A stretch of DNA of 62,991 bases, the filler included, from Octopus bimaculoides (lineage: Eukaryota), in assembly GCF_001194135.2 (NCBI RefSeq). It is 9 parts of 7 records of this genome, joined end to end, with 100 filler letters (N's around TTAATTAATTAA, not from the genome) between each part and the next. Parts side by side here need not be neighbours in the genome. Positions count along the whole stretch, not along the records: positions 28,433 to 35,773 come from NC_068990.1; positions 35,874 to 45,469 come from NC_068983.1; positions 45,570 to 52,296 come from NC_068983.1; 6 more parts are not named here. One strand, given 5' to 3'. Shown here one piece after another: positions 34,819 to 46,773 of this stretch. Within the stretch, counting starts at the first letter, position 1. The number at the start of each line of letters is the position of its first letter. Below the pieces are notes generated by a model that saw only the letters and a program-made list of their open reading frames with translations, did no database searches and was not told where the DNA came from. Made by a program: the position numbers and the translations under genes.

Positions 34819-35417
34819 CAGCTCCGTCATGTGACTTTTAGAGGCTGCAACTTTTTATTTCGTGGTCCTATTCCTTCAATCAACATTCATAATTTATTCA
34901 CCTCTTATTCATGGCTGTATTTTACTTTATTCTATCTGGAGTTCAATATTTCCTGTCATCCTAAAGAACATCTTTGAAAGTACAAATTAAATTTATTTAA
35001 GTCTATTACAAATGTCAACAAGTAAAACTTCCAGATATGAATAAAAGAGCACTTTTATAATCCAGGCAACTTTCAAAGACAAACACAGCACACTTTTTGA
35101 TTCGCGAAATCATCCATCAGTTCAGAATAATGAAACTGAGAGCTAGGTTCGTGTTCAATAGATGTCATAGACAATCCACAAAGTCTGCTACACGTTCGTG
35201 GTACAATGTAATATTTTTACAAGAACTTTAGCAGATACAATGTATTATTACCATTTTATTTCTTGAAATTTTCAGTTAACATAGTTTAATTCTTGTTCAA
35301 CATCTTAACCAAAGTAAATAGATGAGTCATCAATGCACTTTGATTTGAACACGGGGCCACTCAATTGCAGAGCCCCCCTGCAATCCCTGCGATTGCAGGG
35401 GCTTTGCAACAACCCTG
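34819..35417. mobile_element. hAT-type MITE inserted into a SINE
   Basis: Perfect 8-bp TSD ATTTGAAC (34811-34818 / 35418-35425); ends CAG../..CTG with degenerate TIRs; the host SINE resumes on both sides. Confidence 0.7.
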
Positions 35418-35506
35418 ATTTGAACTCAGAACATAAATGCCATTTTGCTGATGAGTGATAGCACTAGTTAACTGCATTAACAACGATGATGATGATGATG
35501 ATGATG

Positions 35507-35563
<57 letters not shown>

Positions 35564-35873
35564 TAAGTATCAGTTGTGTACTGGGGTCGATCTAATCGAC
35601 TGGCCCTCTCCCCCCAAAAATTTGGACGTTGTGCCTAGAGGAGAAAAGAATAATAGTAATGAAAATAATAATGGTTTCAATTTTTTCCACAAGGGCAGCC
35701 ATTTTGGGGAGGGGCTAAGTCGATTACATCGACCCCAGTATGCAACTGGTACTTAATTTATCACCCCCCCCCCNNNNNNNNNNNNNNNNNNNNNNNNNNN
35801 NNNNNNNNNNNNNNNNNTTAATTAATTAANNNNNNNNNNNNNNNNNNNNNNNNNNNNNNNNNNNNNNNNNNNN

Positions 35874-36150
35874 GGACTGGCTCTTGTGCGGGTGACACAT
35901 GAGGTTTCTCGAGCGAGATGAGCCTGGCCGTTGCCAGTACCGCTTGACTGGCCTTCGTGCGGGTGACACGTAAAAGCACCCACTACACTCTCTGAGTGGT
36001 TGGCGTTAGGAAGGGCATCCAGCTGTAGAAACACTGCCAAATTAGATTGGAGCCTGGTGTAGCCATCCGGTTTCACCAGTCGTCAGTCAAATCGTCCAAC
36101 CCATGCTAGCATAAAAAGCGGATGTTAAACGATGACGACGACGATGACGA
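35874..36150 (+). mobile_element. Young RTE-tailed repeat
   Basis: GTAAAAGCACCCACTACACTCTCTGAGTGGTTGGCGTTAGGAAGGGCATCCAGC..GTTAAACGATGACGACG; sister of 20058-20310. Confidence 0.8.
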
Positions 36151-36212
36151 TTACACATTACATTATACATTACACACAATACTACGGACACACTACTGCT
36201 ATACTATACACC

Positions 36213-39200
36213 CAGTGGCGGATCTACAATATTGGAGCCCCCTTTACAACCAGCAACAGTAGAGTAATATCCAATAAGGGTCAAAAAATTTTCATGCCCT
36301 TGCAAGGTACTCCAGCTTGAGGCTCTGATAGCCCAAATGGTAGAGTTGTGATGTGGAATCCTTAAAAATAAGTCTGAAAGTGAGCCCTCTTTCCACCAGA
36401 AACGAGGTGTGAGTAATTACCAATATCTTTGTCGATGTGGTTGTTCCATGGCAGATCACTACAAATATTTTCCAGGCTATGTCTTATACTTTTAGAGTTA
36501 TGGGGGCTAAGAATTAGGGAAGTGTTATATAATGCATGATGCATTATATAACATATGAAAATTACAAAATACACTTTTTTTCTGTTTTTTGTAGCAACAG
36601 CTTTGTCATATGACAGATTCCTTGCAATGTCATTTTCTAGAGACAACATGCATAAGGAATTTTATCGTTCTTCAGTCATAGTAGGCTGAAATTCATTTTT
36701 TACAAAGGAAAGCTCTGAAGAACTCCTTTCTGCTTCAGAGCTCATAATAGGCTTTGTCATGTACAGCTTATGTGCAGTGGTAATATTAGGTGACACTTCA
36801 ATTAATTGTTGCTCAGAAATAAGCTGAAGAACTTCTGTGCATTGCATTTTAGATGGTGTTTTCTTCTGTGTTCCAAGATTTCCTAAAGTGTAAATAGTCT
36901 TTGAACTGATAACACTCATTTACTGATTCTAATTCTGAATTGTTTATCAATTCTGAGAGAAACTTGAACTTTTTTGCAATCTGCTTATATGGGTCCATCC
37001 TCTTGCTTAACTGGATTATCAACCAGTCATAGACTTCATTTAGAACTGCTATCCTAAATTTTTTGGCCCATTTCAAAGAAGCCCTATCACTTGTTCCATC
37101 TGTAAATTTCTTTGTAACAATGTGTTTGGAAACATCAGAGTAATTTGAGGTGATATATTCACATAAACCTTTTGCTGCTCCTGATTCAATCCTGTCGGTT
37201 GAATTTTCTCATAGTTCTTTAACAAATGAAAGCAAAGATGCTAGCGGAAGGTAACCCTCAAATATATCAGAACCAGGGGTTTGGAGTTTCTTACTTGTTT
37301 TGTTAAAACACTCCATAACGTCTTCCCAAACTACTGTTAAAACAGCATATTCCAATTTTACCAACTTATGGTATAAATTCTTTGCATCTCGCTTACATTC
37401 AGGCTTCCCTTCTGAGTCTTCAAACATACGTTTGAGAGTTTGTAAAATATCATTATATCCATTTTTAATTGTCTGGACTGCTTCATAGTGCACAGACCAT
37501 CTAGTTACACTTAAGCTCTTTAGTGAAGAGGCTAGATTGCCCTATGTGTTCAAAATGCCGCATCTTCGAGGAGATTCAAGAAAACATACAACTGCTGCAA
37601 GATGCCAAAATAGTCAACAATTTCAGGTACAGTAGACACTGCTTTTACCAAACAAGGTTGAGTGAATGGCTTGCACACGGTACATAGTCTTCATACCTGT
37701 TAATGTTTTTAAGAAGTGCTTGTAGCCTTTTCTCCAAGCCCTTCATGTTGGAAGCATTATCATACAACTGACCACATATTTCCAAGTGAAAGTTTATGCT
37801 CCTCAGAAATTGTTATTTTGTTGAGGAAGGTCATGGATGAATACTTTTCTATTGGCAAAATTGCTAAAAATCTCTCACGGGGTTTTCATTATAATAGTAT
37901 TGAACCACACATATTGACCAGCTGGTCAACATGTGTCATGTCAGGTATAAAGTCAACAATAATTGAGTAGTATTTGATGTCTAGGTTGTTGATCTGATTC
38001 ACCACTTCATATTTCATATGTTTTCCTATGATTTCCATCAATTCTTCATACACAGATTTGGATAGGTAAGTAATATTTACTTTTTCATTTTTACATTTCT
38101 CTAAGTGTTCATGTAAAAATGGGTCAAACTCTGCAATAAGCACTATGGCCCCCTTGAAATTTCCATTGTGTGGGGAGCCCCACTTTTCCTCATGACCTCT
38201 AAATGCTAAACCTCTTTCACTTAAGAACTTTATAACTGCTACAACTGTTTTTAGTACTTCAAAATAGTTCTGCATGTTTTTTCTCAGCTGTTCCTCAAAT
38301 TGCTGATCCACAGTGGTTTTGTTTGACTTTCATGTTAGCCAGCTCAACATCGCCCTGTTATTTTTCGTAATGTCTGCATGATTTTCTAGAGTTCTGAGTA
38401 TATTCATCCAATCAGAAAACCCTTCTGTTGTAAGTGATATTTGGCATTTAGAAAAGAGTTTGCTCTTTGAGTAAACTAACCAGGATCTCATAACAGTCTT
38501 ACCATTTTTCAATCTTTTTTTCAAAGTACCTGTTTGAGAAACTTTGATTTTGCTGTTTGTAAATCTTGTTGGATTTAGTATATACATTATCTGTATATAT
38601 ATAAAAAAAACAAAGAAACTGATGTCTTGCATTAACCAGTTTTGTATTAAATCATTATCAATTGTTATGAGCCAGTTTGCTAGGTCACTGTATTCTCTGA
38701 AATCACTAAATTTGCTTCCTGTTTCTGCTCTCTCTTTTCTCAAAGTTCTTGACTAATGTGATCATCATCTGCATCAAAAGTGTCAACAGTAGGTTGATTA
38801 TTGCTAAACAGAGCACTCGTTCTTTGTACCCTATCATTGGCTTCACTGGTTCTTGTATGGGTTGTTTCAGTTGCAGGCGATGACAAACTTTTACTTGACA
38901 TTGTAAAATAGTTTGATAGTTTTTGACATTTAGAAATTTCATTAGATTGCTTTTCATTGAGTTGGCGTTTCTGGTTTCTGCTTAAGTACTTTCTGGAAGA
39001 TATTGCTATTCCTCTTGGAGCCTAGACCTCTGTGAAAAAAAATTAAGGTAATATTTTCATTAACCACAGTGAGTCAGAGATCGATCAAGATAAGGGTCCA
39101 CAACTTAATATATAATCATAAATGAAGAATTGTTCATTTTGTTCAAGGTGATATTCAAACAATTTTTTAAGTAGAAAAAATGCTTTGTTACTGAACAGAT

Positions 39201-39635
39201 TGTAAGTCCAAAATTAGGAGGCAAACCCTTTCATTGGTCATTAAATAATGGTGTGAAAATAAGAATTCTTATCTCTACTATGCTGATGTAGTAGAAGACA
39301 TATTTGACAATGGGAGGGACAGGGCCGAAGTTTCCAAAATAATTCAAATAAAGTGAATTATCTGCGAGTCATTTCTACTTTTATTTTTTATGCTATTCCA
39401 CACTGGCAGAAACATCAGGTGAACAACTCATAGTTAGACACTGTGTGTCTAGACTCAGCGTAGGAGTATGATATGACGTCCACTAAGACTGGTAACAGTA
39501 ATCTGCATGGCAAAATACAAAAACAAAAAAAAAACATTGACGGAATGAAAAAATTAAGTTGAATCAGAGGGGCCCCTCTGGGATTAGGAGCCCTGAAACT
39601 TAAGCTTCATTAGTTTTATGGTAGATTCACCACTG
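36213..39635 (-). mobile_element. hAT DNA transposon (ZMYM1/Tip100-like), full-length, transposase degraded
   Basis: Perfect 8-bp TSD TATACACC (36205-36212 / 39636-39643); TIRs CAGTGGCGGATCTAC and CAGTGGTGAATCTAC (13/15). Transposase blocks: RSWLVYSKS, GFSDWMN, IKFLSERGLAFRGHEE..GNFKG, YYSIIVD..PDMTHVDQL, TRWSVHYEAV, EAERSSSELSFVKNEFQPTMTEER. Confidence 0.95.
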
Positions 39636-39741
39636 TATACACCATAGAATATATATTACATGTTACAGTAATATGCAACACTACATGTTGCATATTACGC
39701 ACTACATAATACACTACATGAGACAATATATACTATATCGT

Positions 39742-39958
39742 AAGGTAGCAAGCTGGCAGAAATGTTAGCACACTGGGCGAAATGCTTAGCGGTATTTCAT
39801 CTGTCTTTATGTTCTGACTTCAAATTCTGCCAAGGTCAACTTTGCCTTTCATCCTTTCGGGATGGATAAATTAAGTACCAGTTGTGTACTGGGGTCGATC
39901 TAATTGACTGGCCCCCTCCCTAAAAATTTAGGGCCTTGTACCTAGAGTAGAAAAGAAT
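39742..39958 (+). mobile_element. Meta/Sauria-domain-like SINE, complete
   Basis: GCTGGCAGAAATGTTAGCA..TTCAAATTCTGCCAAGGTCAACTTTGCCTTTCATCCTTTCGGG..GTACTGGGGTCGATCTAA. Confidence 0.8.
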
Positions 39959-39976
39959 GTATACTAATTTCTAGAG

Positions 39977-40731
39977 CAGTGGTTCTCAGCTAGGATCCAT
40001 ACAGAACTTTTTGGGGTCCACATAACAAAATAGTAAATTAAGGTGTTTTAAGGGCTCCTAAAAAATTTTGCTTTAGCTGTATGTAGTGATATGTATTGCA
40101 AGAAACAGCTTGGTTTATTTTTTTATTTTACATAGATTGTAGGATATAGATATAGATATTACATAGATATAGGCGTAGGAGTGGCTGTGTGGTAAGTAGC
40201 TTGCTTACCAGCCACATGGTTCCAGGTTCAGTCCCACTGCATGGCACCTTGGGCAAGTGTCTTCTATTATAGCCTCAGGCTGACCAAAGCCTTGTGAGTG
40301 GATTTGGTAGACGGAAACTGAAAGAAGCCCGTCGTATATATATGTATATGTATATATATATGTGTGTGTGTATATGTTTGTGTGTCTGTGTTTGTCCCCC
40401 CAACATCGCTTGACAACCGATGCTGGTGTGTTTACGTCCCCATAACTTAGTGGTTCGGCAAAAAAGATCGATAGAATAAGTACTAGGCTTACAAAGAATA
40501 AGTCCTGAGGTCGATTTGCTCGACTAAAGGCAGTGATCCAGCATGGCCACAGTCAAATGACTGAAACAATTAAAAGAGTTAAAGAGTAAGATCAACCTAC
40601 ACAAGATAATGTGTGATTTTGAAAGAAGTTTCTATAAAACTAATTTTTAAATATTAAATGGCTATGGGGGTCCACCAGAATGAATTAGTAATCAAAGGGG
40701 TCCATAGATAAAAAATGGTTGAGAACTCCTG
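39977..40731. mobile_element. Charlie-like hAT MITE containing a SINE insertion
   Basis: TIRs CAGTGGTTCTCAGC and CAGGAGTTCTCAAC; flanks TTCTAGAG / CTCTAGAT (nTCTAGAn target). Confidence 0.85.
40172..40590 (+). mobile_element. tRNA-derived SINE (CORE-like family), complete
   Basis: GGAGTGGCTGTGTGGTAAG head, GGTTCAGTCCC B-box, GGCACCTTGGGCAAGTGTCTT core, central (TA/TG)n, GACTGAAAC..AAAGAG tail. Confidence 0.9.
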
Positions 40732-40849
40732 CTCTAGATTGTAAGAAGGAGAAAGAGAAGTAATCCCAATCTTAGATAAGCACTGACAATAGTAGTAGTT
40801 AAAACAACACAACTCAACAGTGGTTTAAGTGGGATAGTAAGTTACCCTC

Positions 40850-41132
40850 TGAGGCACAAGTCCAAGTCCACGCAAGGTTGTTTGTGAAAGGCCATCAGTC
40901 ACCCATGCATACCAGCCTCCCCTCTCCACACCACTGATGTTATCCAAGGCAAAGACCAATACAGCTTGGCACCAGTGATGTTGCAACTCATTTCTGTAGC
41001 TGAGTTAACAGGAGCAATGTGAAATAAAGTGTCTTGCTCAAGAGCACAACACACAGCCCGGTCCAGGAATCGAACTCACAACCTCACGATCGTAAGCTCA
41101 ACACTCTAACCACTGAGCCATGTGCCTTCACA
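40850..41132 (-). mobile_element. tRNA-derived SINE (second family)
   Basis: Reverse CORE/V-like block GTGAAATAAAGTGTCTTGCTCAAG and head GGAATCGAACTC..CTAACCACTGAGCCA. Confidence 0.75.
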
Positions 41133-41729
41133 TAGTGAGTAGAGCTTTATAAAACACATTTTCCATTTGTTTGGATGCATTCACATATCTGTTGAGGTTG
41201 GCCAGCCCTCAAGGAGTAAACCTTTGATCAAAGATGGTCCAGTAGTTAGACTCCTATCTTCTTTATAGACAAAATGTATTTAGAATTACCTTATCCAATG
41301 TGTTATTGTTGTTTAATCTCTGACCACCTATGATTGGGCTGACATGTGGTTAAAAGTCATTCCAGCAGGGACAATCTCTGCTTTTTACTTAGATACAATN
41401 NNNNNNNNNNNNNNNNNNNNNNNNNNNNNNNNNNNNNNNNNNNNNNNNNNNNNNNNNNNNNNNNNNNNNNNNNNNNNNNNNNNNNNNNNNNNNNNNNNNN
41501 NNNNNNNNNNNNNNNNNNNNNNNNNNNNNNNNNNNNNNNNNNNNNNNNNNNNNNNNNNNNNNNNNNNNNNNNNNNNNNNNNNNNNNNNNNNNNNNNNNNN
41601 NNNNNNNNNNNNNNNNNNNNNNNNNNNNNNNNNNNNNNNNNNNNNNNNNNNNNNNNNNNNNNNNNNNNNNNNNNNNNNNNNNNNNNNNNNNNNNNNNNNN
41701 NNNNNNNNNNNNNNNNNNNNNNNNNNNNN

Positions 41730-41794
<65 letters not shown>

Positions 41795-41835
41795 ACATAT
41801 ATGCATTTTTGGTACAAGACTATCTTTTTACTTAC

Positions 41836-41951
41836 AGGTTGATCGCTTCTTTGTCCTCAGTTTAGGTGGTGGCACTAATGCAGTGGATATCGGCTCCCTT
41901 TGATAGCTTAGGACACTGCTGTAGGGTCTGTTAACTGGAAAGGGCTTCCAA
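41836..41951 (-). CDS. Candidate internal exon of an unidentified gene
   Basis: Acceptor ttttcttgatgttcacag, donor GTAAGT, 116 nt, one open frame: WKPFPVNRPYSSVLSYQREPISTALVPPPKLRTKKRST. No partner exons found. Confidence 0.3.
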
Positions 41952-43639
41952 CTGTGAACATCAAGAAAAACTAACATGAAAAATATGCTAGCACTAGCTT
42001 AACTATTATTTTTCAGACTGATGGCTATCCTCAATTATTATATTGACTCAATGATTCATTGATAATTAATTTGGTATGCTAGGAAGGTTAGACTTTGATG
42101 AGGAGGTCAAAATAGGATTAAAACAACATATCTGGAGTTGTCTCCCATATTTGCTGGGGTAGGAGAAGGAATGAAAATAATATCAACCATTAAGCAACAT
42201 TGTCTTTTCCACACCACATATTCATTTATTTCTAATTCTTTTATAATTTTCCCTGCATAATTATTGTATCTTTTGATAGTTTGATTCTTTACACCACTTA
42301 AAAAAAAGTCAAGTGTGATTCTAACTTCATGGAAACTGATAAGACCTAGTTACATTGAAATAAGGATTCTTCAATTGTAAAAAGGTCTTAAAGTGACAAT
42401 GGAGATTACACACACCAATTTGAGACAGAAAAGATCAACATGTCTGTTGACAAGAGACAAACCATGAGCCTATCTCCCTTGTTGTTAGTTAGTTGATCTA
42501 TCTTCTCTCCAGATAGAGCTTACAATATTTAAAACCTTAGTAGTTAATTCAAAGCCTAGAAATATTTTCATTCATATGCTTCATGGTGTCATCATCATCA
42601 TCATCATCACTGTCATGACAATGTTAACTTTTATTTTATGCAGGAGATAAACAACTGCTACTGCTGTCCAAGTGACCTCAATGCAAAGACATGCAGTGAC
42701 AAATACACATACACATACACAACTCTCACACACACATCTGCGTTTTATATTGTTACTGCAATAGTTCCTGTTCCTCAGAGCTGGCTGGTTTCAAACCTCC
42801 TCTTTTAGGCTAACCCAATCCACTTGTCTCTCCAGTTTCTCACCCATGTTGAGCTCCACCACCACTACTACCATGCTATACTAACCACTGTATTCAGTCT
42901 TTCTTTTCTAGAATTTTTGGCCCTGGGAGTCTCTTCCCTGCTTATAACTTTCCAGCAGGTGTTGACCTGAAACAGTTTAAATAAACATTAATGGCATGAA
43001 ATTCACCAGTCGCAGAGAGCCTGCAAAATTCAGAGGCACTACCTCTTACTCCAGACTCAGCAAGTAAAAAAAAATGCAACAGAATTCTGTACAGTTTCTG
43101 TCAATCAAATTTCACTTACATTGCATGGTCAGCTCAAGGTCATTATAGAAGACACTTTCCCAAGGTACTACACCTAGGGATGCTTGTTGAGAAAAACAAC
43201 TAATAAAATGGGTACTAATATAGTTAATGATGTAAGTCAAGACATTCTATTTCATTTAAATTTTACTTGTAGTGATGAAGAAAAAAATGATTATCTCATT
43301 AATTTTGATCAAGAGCGGTAGGGGAGGCAGCTCTGAAATTTAAAACTAATCTGACTGAGAGAATATTTTTTTTCCTCAAAATGCATTGCAGCTGATGAGA
43401 TTTTAATTAGTTCATTATCATTATCTTGCTTTAGACCCATGTGGCCTCACTTGGAGTAATAACATTAATATTTTTCAGAGCAAGGCTGGAAATGCTTGCT
43501 TGCATGTGTGGTCTGTTTCCTTTTTTACATTTTAGGGTTAGAGTTTGGTTTCTAAGAAAACTAAGCTCCATCACTGGAATTCAGATTTAAAGAGTTACAT
43601 GAAGAACGTTTGAGTAGTCTTTCATACATTCATTCTCTG

Positions 43640-43935
43640 CTTACAGATTGAATTAGCCCAGTATCTAAAGAATATTGGTTAGACAGTTAATAGGTGAAAA
43701 CAGATGTAAATTTATAATCAGGATAGAGAAGCTGTAGTTTTGAAGCAATTGGCCATAAAAGTTTTCTTCCTCACTGAATGTGAATGGAATGTTCACATCA
43801 GCAGGACAGCTGACCTCCACAACAGTACATACATTTTGTTTCCTGTCCAAACAATCATATCAGGCTTCTTATGTTTGCATTTTGCAGAACATTTGATGGG
43901 TATGTTCCACAAATGTCCTTATTGTTGGAGTGTGT
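43640..43935 (-). mobile_element. Non-LTR retrotransposon restriction-like endonuclease fragment (R4/NeSL-like)
   Basis: WNIPIKCSAKCKHKKPDMIVW..DRKQNVCTVVEVSCPADVNI (PD..E motif), frameshifted. Confidence 0.7.
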
Positions 43936-44007
43936 AATTGTACTCAACAACATAGATATTTTCTTTATTTACCCCAAGGCAGTCCTTGTTATTAATGATA
44001 TAATATA

Positions 44008-45294
44008 TCAGGCTGAGTAAAAAGTAAGCAATGTTTTGAAACATAAAATTCATCACAATATATTTCAACAATGTGGAAATTCTATTCATCAAGGTAAGTA
44101 CCATTACAATCAACACATTTTTCCAATGAGTAACAAGTTTGTTTATTCCAGTAACATAAAAATCTGGAGTTCTGGAGCTCTTTCAACGCACTTTCAGCAT
44201 CGGTTTGATTTTTGAAATCCTTGTTTCACAAGAAACCATCAAGGTGCTTGAAAAAGTGGTAGTCAATAGGAGAAAGGTCTGGAGAATAAGCTGGGTGGGG
44301 AAGAACTTCGTTGGCAAGTTCCCTCAACTTTTAGAGCATCATTAGTGAAATGTGTGGTTGAGCATTGCCATGAAGAATGATTGGCCTTCTTAGGTTGACC
44401 AATCTGAGATGGAGAAGTTGCAGATTTTCATTCATTTTGGCAATTTCATGGCAATATGTTTCTTCAGTAATGGTTTTTCTGGGTTTTAAGAAGTTATAGT
44501 GGATGAATCCAACAATAAATCACCAAAAAGTCACCATAACTTTCTTTTTGAAGAGCTTGGGTTTAGGGAAGGTTTTCAGTGCTTCATTTTGGTCTAACCA
44601 CTGCGAAGAATGTTTTTTTTTTATTATTGTACAGAATCCACTTTTCATCACAAGTTACAATATGATTGAGAAATGGATTGGTCTAGTTACAGAGAAGAAG
44701 CAATGAACAAATTTCATATTTGCACATTTTCTGATTTTCATTCAAATCGTGTGGTACCCATTTGTCAAGCTTTTTTGATTTTCTGATCGCATGCAAATGG
44801 TTGCAGGCAGTATTCTGACTAACTTTAAGTTCTTTTGTCAGTTCTCGAGTGATTTCATGCAGTTTTTTCTCAATGATGGTCTTTAATTGACTGTCACCAA
44901 TGACAGATGTGTGTCCTCTACATTCATGATCTTCAAGGCTCAGGTCTCCACTGTGAAATGGTTTAAACCATTTTCGAGCTGACCACTCACTGGTCATTTC
45001 TTCATCAGATGTTTTGTTGATGTCTCAAGCAGTTTCAGCTGCTTTACGTCCATTTTTGAAATTGAATAACAGAATTGCTCAAATATCACATTTTGACAGC
45101 TTCATTTCAGATGATTGTAACAATAGTGCAAAAAATATCAATGTTAATTTATCGATGCATTTGGGCAAGTCTATGTCTGTATTATCAGAAAATTGCAAAA
45201 AAAAAAAAAATGTTTAAAAGCATTCACAATTCTGCAAAAATCCAGTTCAAATTATTCATGGTTCAAAATGTTGCTTACTTTTTACTCAACCTGA
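44008..45294 (-). mobile_element. mariner element, full-length (~1.29 kb), transposase 45105-44082 disrupted
   Basis: 33-bp TIRs TCAGG(C/T)TGAGTAAAAAGTAAGCAA(TG/CA)TTTTGAA with TA flanks; WVPHDL, IVTCDEKWILY, HPAYSPDLSPIDYHFF. Confidence 0.95.
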
Positions 45295-45303
45295 TATATC
45301 ATA

Positions 45304-45469
45304 CAGTTCTATATTTAAGAGATGAGGAATTATTTACATTATTTACATTATTTACATTTGACGGATATTCGTCCTCATCTTGTTTGTTGTTAACACAACG
45401 TTTTGACTGATATACCCTCCAGCCTTCGTCAGGTGTCTTGGGGAAATTTCGAACCTGGGTTCTCATTCC
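45304..45469 (-). mobile_element. 3' part of the tRNA/hammerhead element family (second copy), cut by gap
   Basis: Reverse strand GACAC-CTGACGA-AGGCTGGAGGGTATATCAGTC-AAAACGTT-GTGTT, then the same GATGAGGAC..AATGTAAAT tail as 31760-31804; ends CTTAAATATAGAACTG. Confidence 0.8.
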
Positions 45470-46720
45470 NNNNNNNNNNNNNNNNNNNNNNNNNNNNNNN
45501 NNNNNNNNNNNNNTTAATTAATTAANNNNNNNNNNNNNNNNNNNNNNNNNNNNNNNNNNNNNNNNNNNNATACATTTTCTTAGTGAATAATACTTCATGC
45601 GATTTCATATTATTAAGTAATTATATCTTGTTATTTCACTTCATTCAACACTATTCATAATTTATAAAATATGGTATAGAATACCTTCCTTGATGGCAGC
45701 TTTAGCGAAATAGTTGTATAGAAGTTTCACACCTCTTTTCTCCATTTCATGAAAGGATAATGAAATCTACCTAATGAAGAAATCCGAGCTATCAGTAAAG
45801 AGAGATATTTAATCAAGCAATATTCAGTTAGCCTAATATTGAATCTAAACCTTTTATCGATAAGATTTTGTTACTTCAGCATTACACTACTGAACGTTGT
45901 ACTGTAATCACCATTTTCAATCATAATGGGCCTCATTGTAATACATGATTCTATTATACATTAGAAACCCTCTTTTCATCTTCTCCAATTTCCATTTATT
46001 CTGCTCTCTTTCTTCTTCTCCCTACTTTTCTTTCCTATCTTTCTCCTCTTTTCTTCATCCTCTTCCACCTTCTTCCATTTTCTTCTCATAGTTCTCTTAC
46101 ACCTCCTCCTGCTCCCCCTCCTCCTCCTCCTTTCCCCTCTCCGCCTCTTCATAATAATCTTCCTTCGAGTTTTTCTTCTCTTTAAGCTAGCTTTCCCAAA
46201 CGTCATTTTCGTCTTCCTCCTATAATTTCAATCAACTTTTTTCTACCCCTCTATTGCGATTGCTCTATAATGAAGATGTCTTTGTCATCATCAAAATTGT
46301 CATCATTATCATCATCTTTGTCCTCAATATCGTTGCCGTTCACGTCAACTTTATAGTCAACATCAACATCATACATTTTAAAAATCTTACATTCACAAGC
46401 TTTACGATTTTCTTCTCGAAACATACGCACTTGCATACCATACCACTGTCCTGTTCTTGTTCAGACTTTCACCCTCCGCAAAAATTCCGAATTTTATTTA
46501 ATTTACTTTGCGGGAAGGACTGTTCCAACCAAGTCGTGTATTGTCCTTGCCTTCGAAAAGCGGAGTAGATGGAACAGGGAAAACTGACGGATGTACTCTA
46601 TTTTTTTTTTCGTTGTTCGAAAATGTTCGTTTTCTGTTTTCGTTTCTCATTGTTTTTAATGTTTTTTTTATGTCTTGTGCCCATATATGCATATATGTAT
46701 ACATATAGATGTAGGTATGT

Positions 46721-46773
<53 letters not shown>

